DNA from: Paraspadella gotoi
Taxonomy: Eukaryota > Animalia > Chaetognatha
Direction of reading: 5' to 3'
Assembly (NCBI GenBank): GCA_051294375.1
Contig: CM119263.1
Coordinates: 28,433,280-28,497,279, forward strand
Length of the DNA: 64,000 nt
The notes beneath the pieces are model-generated. The model ran no database searches. It was not told the DNA's origin and was given only the letters and a program-made list of their open reading frames with translations. Shown one piece after another: positions 13,715-26,181 of the stretch; within the stretch, counting starts at the first letter, position 1, and every line of letters begins with the position of its first letter. The position numbers and the translations under genes were made by a program.

Positions 13715-14479
13715 GTATTGTATTGTATTGTAGAAAGAATAAATATTTATAATTGTACGTATTAAGTTATTGCAACAGTTCATAAAAACATTTCACGGTT
13801 AAACAAGCAAAGTACTCTGGGAGTTAATAAACTAGACTGAGTTTTGATTAGAAAGCTTGCTGGGTTCTGCTATGAGGAATGGGCTAAACCCACCATAGCC
13901 AGTAGCCAGTCCAGGGCAGAGATAGCTTATCTAATAGATAAATCTAGTTTTTTTTATTGGTGGCGCCAATTTAATTGATTTTTTACGTTGTACACTACGT
14001 TAAACAATAAAAGTACTAGGAAAAAAACTTTTAATCTTATGATTTTTATATTTTTTTATTTTCTCTAATTCTCTTTTTCTCTTGGAGCTTCATCTTGCCA
14101 CTTACTTTATATTTTCCTTCCGCTCCATTTGTTCTTCTGTTTTTTTTTTTTCGTTTTTTATTTCTTCATCCCCTCATATTTTTTCTTTTCTTTTTTCTTC
14201 ATCCGAGTGTGTTTTTTCTTCTCGTCTCTTTTTTTTCTGCCTCTTCAGACAATCTCCCCATGTGTCTAATTGTATCTTATACTTTATAGTTATAATCCTT
14301 TTCGAATTTTCTCTTTTTACAAGTCAATACTCAAAACCAACTTTTATATTTATTTTAAATTAAATTCTTTTTTACTTTGCTACTCTCTTTTATTGAATTC
14401 CTTTTCACACCTTTACCGACTTGTCTCAACTTATCTATCTCCGCTTCTTAAAACAGTCAAACTTTCAAACAATGCTTCT

Positions 14480-14545
<66 letters not shown>

Positions 14546-15822
14546 ACAATCAACTCGTCTCACGAGAGGCGAAATTTCCGGTCGAGTGAATTTCTTTCCG
14601 CCAAAAAAAAGGCAAAGAAAGAAGCGACTGTAGCATAAATGAGACGAGAGAGGAGAGAGAGATGAGAGAGAGAGAGCGAGAGAGGAGAGCGAGAGCAGAT
14701 GAGAGAGAGAGACGAGCGTAAGAGATGAGCCGGAGACGCAAGCAAATAAGTTAACACAGAGCGACAAACAAAAAAGGTTGCCTTCCTAGATGGCTATGTG
14801 TATAAGAGGAGGGGCAGAAGCGAAAGAGGAAAGTATATAAGTCTACATCACGAAGCAGAAGAGAGAGAAGATGAGGATGAGCAGAGAAGAGAGAGCATGA
14901 GAGAGAGAGAGAGAGAGAGTCAGTCATAAAGAAAAGAACAATGACGTCGTTTGGAAGAGAATAGAAAACTGCAGAAGCCTTGACGACGTCGCAAAGGCGG
15001 AGCAAAGAAAATTTCATGTGACGCAAAGAAGAATCGACTGTGACGCATTGAGAAGTTGAATGTGGCGCTTTGAAATTGATTGTGGCGCATTGAAAAGTTG
15101 AACGTATCCTATGCTACAAATTTGGGTTAACCTCAGTTTCGCAGAAATGAGTTTCTTAAACTTGAGGAACCTACCCAAGAAATTCAGTTCTTTTATAATT
15201 TTGTTGTGCTTCCTCAATTTATTCTTTATCTCTTGGTGTTTTAGTTTTAATTAGTTAATTAGTTTTTGTATTTAATTTTTTTTTACTTCATTTTTTATTC
15301 CTCGTACAAGCATTATTCAGAATCCAAAATCAATCTAACCTTTAGCATTAGGATTTCCCGCTATAGTACTTAAAATAATCAAAAAGTGTTCATGAAAAGC
15401 TATTTTAGTTATCGAATATCACATTGCCTAAAATCTTTTTAAAAATCTATCAAGTTTAACTTGAAGTTGGAAGAAAACAATTTTCGAGGAGGAGCGGGAG
15501 GGTTAATTATAAGTCTTACAGCCACATTTGATCTCCACCACCAGTATAGTAAAAGAGGGGAAAGTGGGGGCAGCGGCAGCGGGACGGCGGCGGCGGCGAA
15601 GCCAAAGACTTTTTCTCGATTGGATTTCGTTGAGAAGTTGACATTTCGGTCGTAGATCAAACAACGCCGCCGTGGGGAAATAAAGAAGGGGAAAATGGTG
15701 GAAAAAAGACAAAAAATAGGAGGAAAGGAAAGAAAATGAAAAAAAAGAAAGGGAAAGAAATTAAAGGGGGTTGAGAGGAAAGGGAAAGTTGTAGAGAGGA
15801 GACAGAGAGAGAGAGAAAGAGA

Positions 15823-15898
<76 letters not shown>

Positions 15899-16116
15899 CA
15901 GAGAGAGAAGAGAGAGAGAGAGAGAGAGGAGGATGAGAGAGAGAGAGATGACGAGGAGAGAAACTGTAGACTATATTATTTATTGTCGTCCGAGAGATTT
16001 GTTAATGCGAGGATGTGGAAAAAGGCGTCTCGTTCCCATAAAGCGAACGATCGATTGAGAAAATAAAAGAAGTAAAAGGAATATATAGAGAGATAGAGAA
16101 AAAATTAAGAGAGTTT

Positions 16117-16196
<80 letters not shown>

Positions 16197-16303
16197 AAAT
16201 ATTGTTGAATGGTTCCGGGCGAAAAAAATGTTTTAAGAAAAAACGTGCCGGTGTGCAAAAAGTCACGAATTTTTTTTCGGGCGCACGTTTTTCCGCTGCT
16301 GCG

Positions 16304-16524
16304 ATGTCATTGGAGACGACGAACGTCGGCGGCGGCGGCGGCGGTAGCGATAGCAGAGGGGGAGGTTTCAGAAGTCCGATAAACGCCAGATACCTAATCC
16401 GCCGCTCCTGGTCAAATCAACCAGGGGCGCAAGGCGGCAGGAGCCCAATGAAGCCGTTGCAGCTGCCATTGCGGCGGCGGCGGCGGCGGCTCCGCAAGCG
16501 TCTACAGCAGCGGCGGCGGGCACG
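16304..16524 (+). CDS. Candidate Gly/Ala-rich first exon, unassigned; probably needs one indel correction
   Basis: MSLETTNVGGGGGGSDSRGG... in GC-rich sequence; a second frame gives ...PNEAVAAAIAAAAAAAPQASTAAAAGT ending at donor ACG|GTGAGC. Confidence 0.25.
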
Positions 16525-16810
16525 GTGAGCCATTCCGCTTCGGGTCATCATTTTTCATCTCGACGATTCCTGACCAAATTCATCGGAGACAGAATCTCCT
16601 TCGCTGGAGTTTGTGGACGTGAAGGCGGAAAGGAGAGGATGTGTGTGGTGAGACAAAAGGTGGTGTGGTGAATATGTGGGGAAGTGTGGTCATATGGGTG
16701 TGGGAGGCGAGAGTCAAAAAGTGGTTAGATTAATAGGGGGTGAAATGTTGTGAAATTAAACTGAGGGATTAAGTGTGTTAAGATGAAAGTTGGTGTGGTG
16801 AAGAGAAGGC

Positions 16811-16899
16811 GGGGAAGTGTGATGAAGTAACGATGCGAGGAAGTGTGATGAAGTAACGATGCGGGGAAGTGTGATGAAGTAACGATGCGGTGAAGTGTG
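16811..16899. repeat. 26-bp minisatellite, about 3.4 copies
   Basis: Unit GGGGAAGTGTGATGAAGTAACGATGC. Confidence 0.85.
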
Positions 16900-18158
16900 C
16901 TAAAACGAGGAGTGCTGAGAAGAAAAGGCGGAAAAGGGCGGAACAGGTGGAGACTGGAGGAGGGTGTTGAGACGATGGCCAGTGGATGTGAATTGTGAAG
17001 TGACTCATAAAACGCGAATCGGTGGTCACCGGTCAATGTGATGGATGGACGACGTTTGTGCCATCGAAAATGGGTCATAAAATCTCATCAAGAAATGCGG
17101 TGAATGGAATGACGTGAAGTGAATGTGAGGAACTGTGAGAAATGCCCTTTTGAGAGATGATCATTTATCAATTGCAAGATGGTTCAATGGACTAAATAGG
17201 ACATTTACATTTACCTTGATTAAAAAGATCACTGATGCGAGATTGGTCGCTGGTGAAGAGTTTCACGGATCAAGGGTCTGAGATAGAAAAGTCTTGTGAA
17301 TGAGGGAAGTGTTGAATTGTACAAAGATGTTGAGAAGGAGACAGATACCCGATTGGATTTAAGATTAAGAGCTTTCACAGTGATTAATTGGATTAATCCA
17401 AAATAATAGAATAATTTGTTATAATTTAATATTAGAAGTAGTTTAATTTAATTCTGCCTCTTTCAGATCCGTCTTCTCCAGCCCACAACAAAAACCAGGT
17501 TGACCACCCGACCACATTCCAATTCTCTTTGAATACGATCCCCAAATATCCCACCACCACCCCACCCTTTTCTTTTCTCACACCCCACTCCTTTCTTTCC
17601 TCCATGCCACCCCTTTCCCCTCCCCACCCTTTTCTTTCCTCCACCCCACCCTCTTTCCCTCTTCCACACCTTTCTTTCCTCCACCCCACCCTCCCCACCC
17701 CTTTCTTTCCCCCACCCACTCCTTTCTTTTTCCACTCCTCTTCACGTCGGTCCCCCCTAATCCTCTACCTTACCCAACCCTACCTTCACTCGCCGACTTT
17801 TTATATCCCAATTTGCCCTTTTTTCATTTTTCACGTGAATCGTGATCTTTGGGCTCACAAGTCAACCTCGACATTCACCTATGAGGTTTTTTGTATAATC
17901 CTAATCACATTTTTAGTTGCGCCACGAGTACTCGCGTAGCAAATCTATAAGTCACTTTTTCGATCGGTCTGTCGGTTTGTCTGTTTGTCGGTTGGTAAGT
18001 CTGTCTGTTAAAAATGCATATAATTTGTTAAGAGAGAAAAAAACCTCAAATCTAAGTGACTGCGAGCGCCGCCTTTAGGAAATCCTAAAACTAAAAGGAA
18101 TATGTCATACACATGAAAAGTTACTGCGCGCAACACATTGGAATCACCGTTCATGTTT

Positions 18159-18242
<84 letters not shown>

Positions 18243-18561
18243 TCCTTCTTTCTTTTCTTTTTTTGTATTCTATCTCTGCATCTTTCTTTATCACAAAGTG
18301 TTCTTTTCAAGATATTAATTATTACTAGGACTAGTTCCAAATATAAACCTAAAAAAAAAACCAACTCAAACGACCAGTTCCATCCACGTTCCTTCCTAAA
18401 TTCCTTAATTCACCAACTGGCACCGTTCCATCCTTCCCGTCCCAATTTCAACTCTTCTTTCCCTCTCCCCCTGCCCCCCTCTTTTTTACTCGCTGGCCAC
18501 TCGAAGCCTCTTCTTTGACCTTTGACCTTTAGTCCAAAAAACCAACTCTCTCTCTCTCCCT

Positions 18562-18593
<32 letters not shown>

Positions 18594-18836
18594 TTTGACG
18601 AAAGAAACGAGAGAGAGAAAAAACCCGCTCGTCAAAAAACATCCAACTTTTTTTTCCCGGGAGTATTTTCTTTTTTTTTTTTGTTCGCTTCCTCTGTTTT
18701 GCACGCCCCGTCATTGTTGTGAGAAGGCGTTTGGCTCTTACTGTTGCTCTCTCGTCTACTGTTCTCTCTCTCCTCTTTCTCGTCCTCGCTCTTCTCTTAC
18801 TCTGCTCCTCTCTCTCTCTCTTGTCTCTCTTCTGCT

Positions 18837-18872
<36 letters not shown>

Positions 18873-18884
18873 TCTGTCTCTCTT

Positions 18885-18916
<32 letters not shown>

Positions 18917-19086
18917 CTCTCTCTCTCTCTCGACTAAAACGCCTTTTCGGCTTTTTTATTTATTGTTATCCTCGATTATTTTTCTTCTCAATATTTATTT
19001 TCTCAAGAGGCCACGCTGACTGACGCTCGCTCCGTTCGACGCCGCAGAAAACGACGACGTCATCGCCGAAGATGGCGTCGTCAGCG

Positions 19087-20861
19087 TCACCATTTTTGGC
19101 GCCCCCGTCGACGTCGCTGTTGTCGCCATTTCCGGCTCGACGTCGAACGAGCGCCATTTTCGCCCAAATTATCATTGCAGCCTTCATCTCCGCCGCAGCC
19201 GCTGCTGCCGCCGCCGCCACCGCCGCCGCCCCAGCTTCGTTTACGAAGTGAGTCGTGATTGGCAGAATCGACGGCGGCAAAGTCGTCGTTCTCCTTGTTG
19301 TTGTTATTGTTGTTGTTGTCATTAAATGGGATCACGTTTTCGCTGTTTTCTTCTTCTTGTTTATCTCCTGACGTAAGGACCGAATAAACAAAGGAAACAT
19401 TGGATATCAGATATTTTGTTTCTGTAAATTTTAGTATATTTATTAATTCTATATTAAGTTTTGTTAGTTTGTTTAGGTTTCCCTATCTCATACTATCGAT
19501 CTTTCGGTAATTTCTCGTTCGTCTTCGGTTTTTTTTTTCTTCATTTCTTTTTGGTTTTTTTGGGTTTTTTTTTTGGTTTTCTTTCTTTTGTTATTCGTTT
19601 GTCTTTTGCTTTGTTTTTATTTTTCTTTCGTGTTTTATCTTCCGGTGGTTGTTTTGTTTTCTTTCTTTGTTTACTCTTCATCCTCACCAATCAATGATCC
19701 TTCGCTCTCATCCGCGTTGGCGTTACGATTGTCCCCGTGTCTCGATCTACCGCCCCCTTCCGGCGAGGCGCCGCGCGACCCTCCCCCTTCCGGCGAATGT
19801 CTGCGCCTCTCGTGGGAATGATCTCCCGACGTCGGCTGCGGCGGCGGCGGCGGACTCTGCGTGACGTAAACGCGCGGCGCCTGATGCTTCCTCGACTCGC
19901 CCGGCGGATACATTATCGCCTGATAACCGGGCGGATAGCCTGGCTGAGGCTGAGCGTAGACTTGGGTGCCTGGCGGGTACGCCGGATATTGTGGCGGCGG
20001 ATAGCCCGGTGGCGGCGGATAGCCCGGTGGCGGCGGAGGCGGATATGGGCCGGGGGGAGGCGGTGCGCAGTAAGTGGCGGAAGTGGGCGCACCGTAGATG
20101 AAGACGGTTTGATTCCGCGATCGATAAAAATCTGATTCTGGCGGAGGTTCGAGGGCAGAAGTCGGAGACGATCCTAAGAATGTTGATTTGGGATTTATGA
20201 TTTGAGATTTGAGATTTTGGATTTTGGATTTGAGATTTTGGATTTTGGGATTTTATATGGAATAACGAAATGATTTCTGTCAGCGAAGTATTTAGCCAAA
20301 GGTCTGAGGTTAATTCATCATTAATCGAATTACAGTAATATTTATTAATAAATATTTTTAATTAATAAAAATATTTCGTTATAAAGTATTAATTAGGGAA
20401 ATAATTCTCAATATTGAAGTAATAATTACTAAGCCAGATGCACATTGCACAAAGATATCAAAACGATATCAATTGTATTTCATTACTTTTGTTTTTCCGT
20501 TTCTCCCGCGCGGCGGCGTTGCAACAGGCCCCGATGGCGCTGACGATGACGATAACGAGGACAACGCCCAGAACGATCAAGAAGTAGTACCACCACGCCC
20601 ACGGGGTGGCGTAGGGGTAGTATCCGTTGTTAAAGAAGTAGTATTCTTCGTAGGTCAAGCTGTTGAAAAAGTAATAATGTTCGACAATTTGGTATGATAT
20701 AATTTGTTGTACCTATTGGAATAATAATTAGTTAGGTACTTGGGTAGTTAGTTACTGGCTAAAATAGTCAAAAAAATCCACCTCATAAGTTTTTACCTTT
20801 TAACGCGATGAAACATTAACAACGCGAATCCAAACTGAAGCCAACGACATGAAAGTGACAT
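19087..20861 (-). CDS. Single-pass type I membrane protein, paralogue A (322 aa), PPxY-rich tail; architecture resembles CYYR1/WBP1/VOPP1-type adaptors
   Basis: Exons 20861-20797, 20659-20487, 20137-19688, 19367-19087; GT-AG introns, phases 2/1/1, frame open. MSLSCRWLQFGFALLMFHRVKS-LTYEEYYFFNNGYYPYATPWAWWYY-FLIVLGVVLVIVIVSAIGA-CC-NAAAREKRKNK...PPPPGPYPPPPPGYPPPPGYPPPQYPAYPPG... Read-through of intron 3 would end at 19671 (234 aa). Confidence 0.85.
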
Positions 20862-21233
20862 GGTCGAAAAAAAAAATAAATAAAATCAGAACTGTAATGA
20901 TTCTCAGCTAAGAGAAAAAAATAAAACTTTGATTTAAAATTAAATTTAAAAATGTTTTAACAATGGCTGAAATGGCGCTATAATATTTGCTTTTAAATTA
21001 AAAGAAAAAAAAATTGAGTGAAATTTTGAATTTCTCTCTGAGGGTCCTAATCGGCCTAAATTAGTTATGAGATTAGCCTAAAATTTTTAGGTTAAATAAT
21101 GTAAAAAAATTCATTAATTTTGTTTACACATACAAGTTTATATTTCATAAATTAAGACATAAAAATGATTCTCGTTATTGTGAAAGTTTCAAAATTACTT
21201 GTTTAGTTCTGACAAAAACAACTGGCGCGTCAT

Positions 21234-23776
21234 TCAACTCTCGATCTCTGCAACCGCGTTGACGGGACGACTATCATCTACGCAACTATCTGAAAAATCG
21301 TCTGTACAATCATCTCTACGCTCGTCTTCGATCCAAATTTCGCGTCGATCGATCTCCTTGGCATTCGACAGCAGCGTCTCGTCCTCGGAGTCGCTGCCGG
21401 AGCTGCTGACGCTGGCCCGCCTTCGAACGCAGGAGTCGGAGTCTCTGTGAACGAACTTGCTGTCGTTGTTGCTGTTGTTATTGCTGTTGTTGTTTTTTTC
21501 GAGGAGAGAGTTTGTCTCGTTCAGGTTTTCGTCTTCATTCACTGAAAGAAATTTGTTTTTTTCATTTTTACCATCGATTGTAAACCTATCGACGTATGAA
21601 GCTAAAATCTTTCCTTAGAATTTAAATCATAAATATTTAATAAAGAATTAACTAATTCATTCATTCATCCAAGCAAAATTTCCGATAATCCCATATCAAA
21701 ACTCTGTACATAAATTTTATCACTTTTTTCACATCTAAACTCTTCTCCAGACTTTTTTCTAGTCTATCACATCTATCAATCTAGTCACTAGTCTATTTCA
21801 TCCTGTCACAATCCGATGACATTAAAAGTTAAAAAAAAACCTTCGCAATTCGCGTTGGCATTGTCTCCAGCGTCGCTGCTGTCGGCGTTGGACGCCTGGG
21901 CCGGCTGCTGCTGCCCGTTCGACGGCGGCGGCCCCTGCTTGTAGATGATTATCGTCTGCGGCTGCGCTACGTAGACGGCGTCCGGCTTCGGCTCGTCTGC
22001 GGAGGAGGGAAAAGTTTTTGGCTATCGATTTAAGATGTTTATTTTTGTCCCTGTGCCGTGTATTTAACCCTGGGAGGGATCACGCTCTTTTGGGGAACAA
22101 ATTGTGCAGACTAAATTGTGCTGGGGATTTTATTTAAACCAGATCACCCTGCAGAAGGCCTGTCGTGGTTCTGACTTTCCACCGAGGGAAATAATCTCCT
22201 TGGGGTTCCAGTATTGAAGTAATTGATAATGTCCGGTTTTCATTTTTTGGGTTTTTTTTTTGTTTCTCTTTCCCTGCCGCATGCTTATTCTTTAATCTAA
22301 TTTGCATATTGCCGTGTTTTGTCTTTACTTTTTTAAAGTTGATCCAAGCGTCGCCCGAGATAAAAAATGATATTTATCCATTTCAAATCGTGAATGAATG
22401 TTTAAGAGAGGGTGTAGTTTTGAATACAGTATATAAAAATAGAAAGACATGTGACTCAATCGAGCTCTCAGATTAGACAATGAAATAAAATGAAAAATGG
22501 GATTAAAAAAAAATTTTGAGAAATGGATATTCGGGGTTTGGACCGTTAAAAGTCCATTAATTTTAAAGAGCTACTAAAGCTTGTAAATGATTTATTTCTT
22601 ACTTTTTTATCTTTTCAATGATAGTGAATTCTAATTAAAACTCATTCTACTGTAATATTTGATGAAAAAAAATTTAAGGCAAAACATTGGTCAATAGGGT
22701 GGAGCGATAAAGAGATAACGATATTTACTTTCTGCCTCTGTATATGTAGATGACAAAATTGATAATCTTTACAAAATTTTTGAGCGTAAAAAAATCAGAA
22801 ATTAGGTTTTCCTTGAAGTAATATCCTTATAAATTCATAAAATTTCTAAATTATCTTTTTCATTTTTTAAAAATATAAATATATTACAAATAAATATGAA
22901 TTCCAAATATATTGTAATTTCTGTTCGGATCCCCGCAGAATTCTTTGTACTTTAAAATTATCCCACTATACATATAATTATCATTGTAACATATCTCAAA
23001 AAAAAAAATATCTACTTCTCAACTCAAGTGCTTCATTCTAAATTTGTCAATAACAGATACCAATCATTTGTAATACATTAAAAATATTGAAGACGATAAA
23101 TAACTGCGTAGATTAATTAACTGTCCCTTGTTGAGCTCCTCACTAAATGATAATAAACTACAACGTAATCGACTTACTGGCCTCCTCCTCAGCTGCTTTG
23201 CAGCAGAGCACAGCAAAGACGATGACAAGTACAATGATGAGTATGAAGATGATGACGATGATAAACGTGTACCACCAATACCAAACAGAGTGGCGCGGGC
23301 GTCGGTAATAACCGTGCTCGTAGTAGTACTCGTCATCTTCGTAGTAACTGCGAAATGTTTACATTAAGTCGTATAGAACAATACGAAGTTATATCGCTTA
23401 GCTTACCTTATATTTACGATCAATATAAGAAAATTATCCATTCATTTAATAAATAAACTGTCTTACCCCCGAATTTGGACAGGCTTTGGTGGTTTAAGGC
23501 CACCATCACTCTTTCACTCTTTCACTCAAGACTATCACAGTCAAGTTTATTCGTTCCCAGAGTACCTATCAATGAAATGGTATACCATTTCAAAGTAAGC
23601 TTCAATTGTATAAGAAAACCACTTCTTTAAGTATTATATCTTTATGTTTTACAACACTTCAGTCTTCCCATACCAAAAAAGTTTACTTAAACTTACGATT
23701 GTACGAGTTGAAAGTAAGTTTGCAGTATAAATGCGACGGAGATGATGCAACTTCTTAAGAAAACTTCACGAATCAT
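21234..23776 (-). CDS. Single-pass type I membrane protein, paralogue B (237 aa)
   Basis: Exons 23776-23697, 23347-23178, 21996-21841, 21541-21234; phases 2/1/1, frame open. MIREVFLRSCIISVAFILQTYFQLVQS-YYEDDEYYYEHGYYRRPRHSVWYWWYT-FIIVIIFILIIVLVIVFAVL-CC-KAAEEEANEPKPDAVYVAQPQTIIIYKQGPPP... Confidence 0.85.
23438..23512 (+). repeat. Interspersed repeat fragment, second family (located in intron 1 of paralogue B)
   Basis: CCATTC.TTTAATAAATAA.CT.TCTT.CCCC...TTTG.ACAGGCTTTGGTGGTTT.AGGCC.CCATCACTCTT matches ~44048-44125 in reverse orientation. Confidence 0.75.
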
Positions 23777-24210
23777 TTTAGATAATTTCTTTTTTTTTTC
23801 CTGATTGTAATATTTCATTGGAGTACCGTAGCGGTTTATTGTACGGAACAAAAGAATGCTAACTAAATAAGATTATAAATCTACTTTGAAATTTCTTAAA
23901 AATTCTAACATTACAACAAATATATTGGAAAATAAAAATAAAACAATTCAGCGTAGCAGTTTTTTCCTTATAAATATAATGATTCTCAGATAATTAGAAG
24001 CATAAATTTTTTACAGGATATATTTATGGAACGTAGTCGTCGGTGATACATGTCAAGAACTTAATTTTAACAGTTAGGTCCTTAATTGAAACTGAGCAAT
24101 TAACATTTAACTGAACAAGTAACGCTGTTTTTTTTAGGTGTCCCTAAACCCGAAAAACAGGTCAAAGTTGATAAAAATTCACGGTGCCACTTCCTGCTGA
24201 AACACATCTT

Positions 24211-24420
24211 GCGGTGGCACATCTTGCAGTTCCACATCTCACGGTGGCACATCTTGCAGTGCCACATCCCACGGTGGCACATCTTGCAGTGCCACATCTC
24301 ACGGTGGCACATCTTGCAGTGCCACACATCACGGTGGCACATCTTGCAGTGCCACATCTCACGGTGGCACATCTTGCAGTGCCACATTTCACGGTGGCAC
24401 ATCTTGCAGTGCCACATCTC
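24211..24420. repeat. 30-bp palindromic minisatellite, 7 copies
   Basis: Unit ACGGTGGCACATCTTGCAGTGCCACATCTC. GTGGCAC and its reverse complement GTGCCAC alternate every 15 bp. No unique spacers. Confidence 0.95.
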
Positions 24421-25241
24421 ATCGCGGTCGCAAATTCTTCGCGGTGCCCGAAGCAACAGCGAAGATAAACACCGGAGAAAAATTTCTATGCAAATTTCCC
24501 GCGGGAAGAAAAAAAGTAGTTCAGCCCCGACGCACGAATTGGCTAATATCTTTTGTTGTTGCTGTTGTTGTTGTTGTTAAAATATTTAGAGTCGTGAAAA
24601 AAAACAAGGGAGGCAAAGTACCAGGCTACACGAGACGCGCTCGTGCTTTCGTCTTTACAATTCTTCCCCCCCAAAAAAATCTTCAAAAACTATGAACAAA
24701 AACTAATGAGCTTAAAATGATTTTTTTCCCTTTTTTCAAAATTGATAATTTTTTTTTTTTTTTCTGAAACAAAAGTAAATAAAAAATATAAAAATAATTT
24801 TTCTGAAATAAAAGAGACAATTTGACAATTAAGACAATAAGAAGATTAAACGATTTGAAAAATTGATAAATATTTTCTGCGCGAATTTTATTTCGCATTT
24901 TTTCTCGTCATCGCCTTTTGTGATCAGATCGACGACGACGACGACGACAATGACGACGACGACGACATAACAATTCCACCCAATTTCCCTTTTTTTTTCC
25001 TCCGTCGAGACAGCGACTTGTGGCGACGCCCCGTGGAGTTTCTATAGACGCCGCTACCGGTGCTCCCTTTCTGCTACGAGGCGTACTGTGCCGGGGGACT
25101 TCCCCCCGGCTTTTCCCCCACTTAAACCGCCTGCCCTCCGCTCCCCCTTCTTTCTCCCCTGCGGGGGTCGACGTTTCGTCGTCGACAAAACTCGTTTAAA
25201 TGTGTAATGGAAATTCGGTTCCACCCAGACCGTTAAACAAC

Positions 25242-25299
<58 letters not shown>

Positions 25300-26181
25300 C
25301 TCTCGCTCTCTCGCTCTGTAACAGTTTCACCCGAAGAAAAACAGCCAAGGAAAACTGTGCTACTGTGCACCAAATTTAAATATGCAAAATGCCTATAACG
25401 CATTATAGATTTACTATTATTACCACATACACTTAAACGAAAGGTATTAATACCATTTTTACTAAACGGTTAACTTTATCAATACAAATACACTCTCCAC
25501 GCCTCGGACGCCGAAGCATTCAAAGTCAACGCCTCCAGCGAATTGCGACGTGGTGAAAAACAAAAGGCGTTGATGATGCTTCATTGTCTGACGAAAAACT
25601 CTGCTTTTGACTTCAACCCTCTCTTCTTTTATTTTCCTATCGATCCACAACACCCTCCGACCTTTTCACCACCCTCCGGTACCACCCCGCCATCACCACC
25701 GCTTTGAGCCTTAATTCATTCTCTCCATAAAAGTCAATAATCATTTTCCGAAGAATGAAGGAAGACGACAACTTTCATTTCTTTTTATTCTTATCTTTAA
25801 AAGAAAAAAAAAGGAAAAGTTTTAATTGTGGATTTAGATGGAAACGAACGATGACGAAGCTTACAATTATCGTGGACGAACGATTGTGTAAAAAATACAA
25901 TGCAGAATCACGATAAAAATTTAATTTAAACAGTTACCGACATATATAATATTTAATAAGTTGCAGTAGTCTAGTTCCTTAACTAACAAATCAAGTTAAT
26001 TGTCAATTTTTTTATTTTTACAAGGTTATCTTTTATTTCTAATCTTAAATAATATTTTGTATTAATTATTCATTTTCTAAATAAATACGTACTAATAAGT
26101 AAATATGTTTTAAACTATGTGTAAATATATGTAAATATTCATGGATCAAAGGGCATAAATTTCAAAAGTTCCAAAGTTCCG

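Larger units (their letters stand above)
7200..14830. repeat. Large inverted duplication centred on a 25-N gap (left arm ~7200-11443 noisy; right arm 11469-~14830 clean)
   Basis: Matching anchors throughout, e.g. 8641-8671 GGTTTCGGGTTTAAGGATTTACGACCGAATT versus 13562-13592 in reverse complement; 7480-7530 versus 14550-14600; 10900-10930 versus 11700-11730. The left arm is ~25% longer through scattered single-base insertions. Confidence 0.9.

Noticed and set aside
7200-14830. Foldback transposon or genuine palindromic amplicon
   Set aside because: Arm divergence is one-sided insertion noise centred on a placeholder gap; kept only as an artefact finding.
24211-24420. CRISPR array (30-bp palindromic repeats)
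   Set aside because: Units are contiguous with no unique spacers, no cas genes are present, and the context is eukaryotic.
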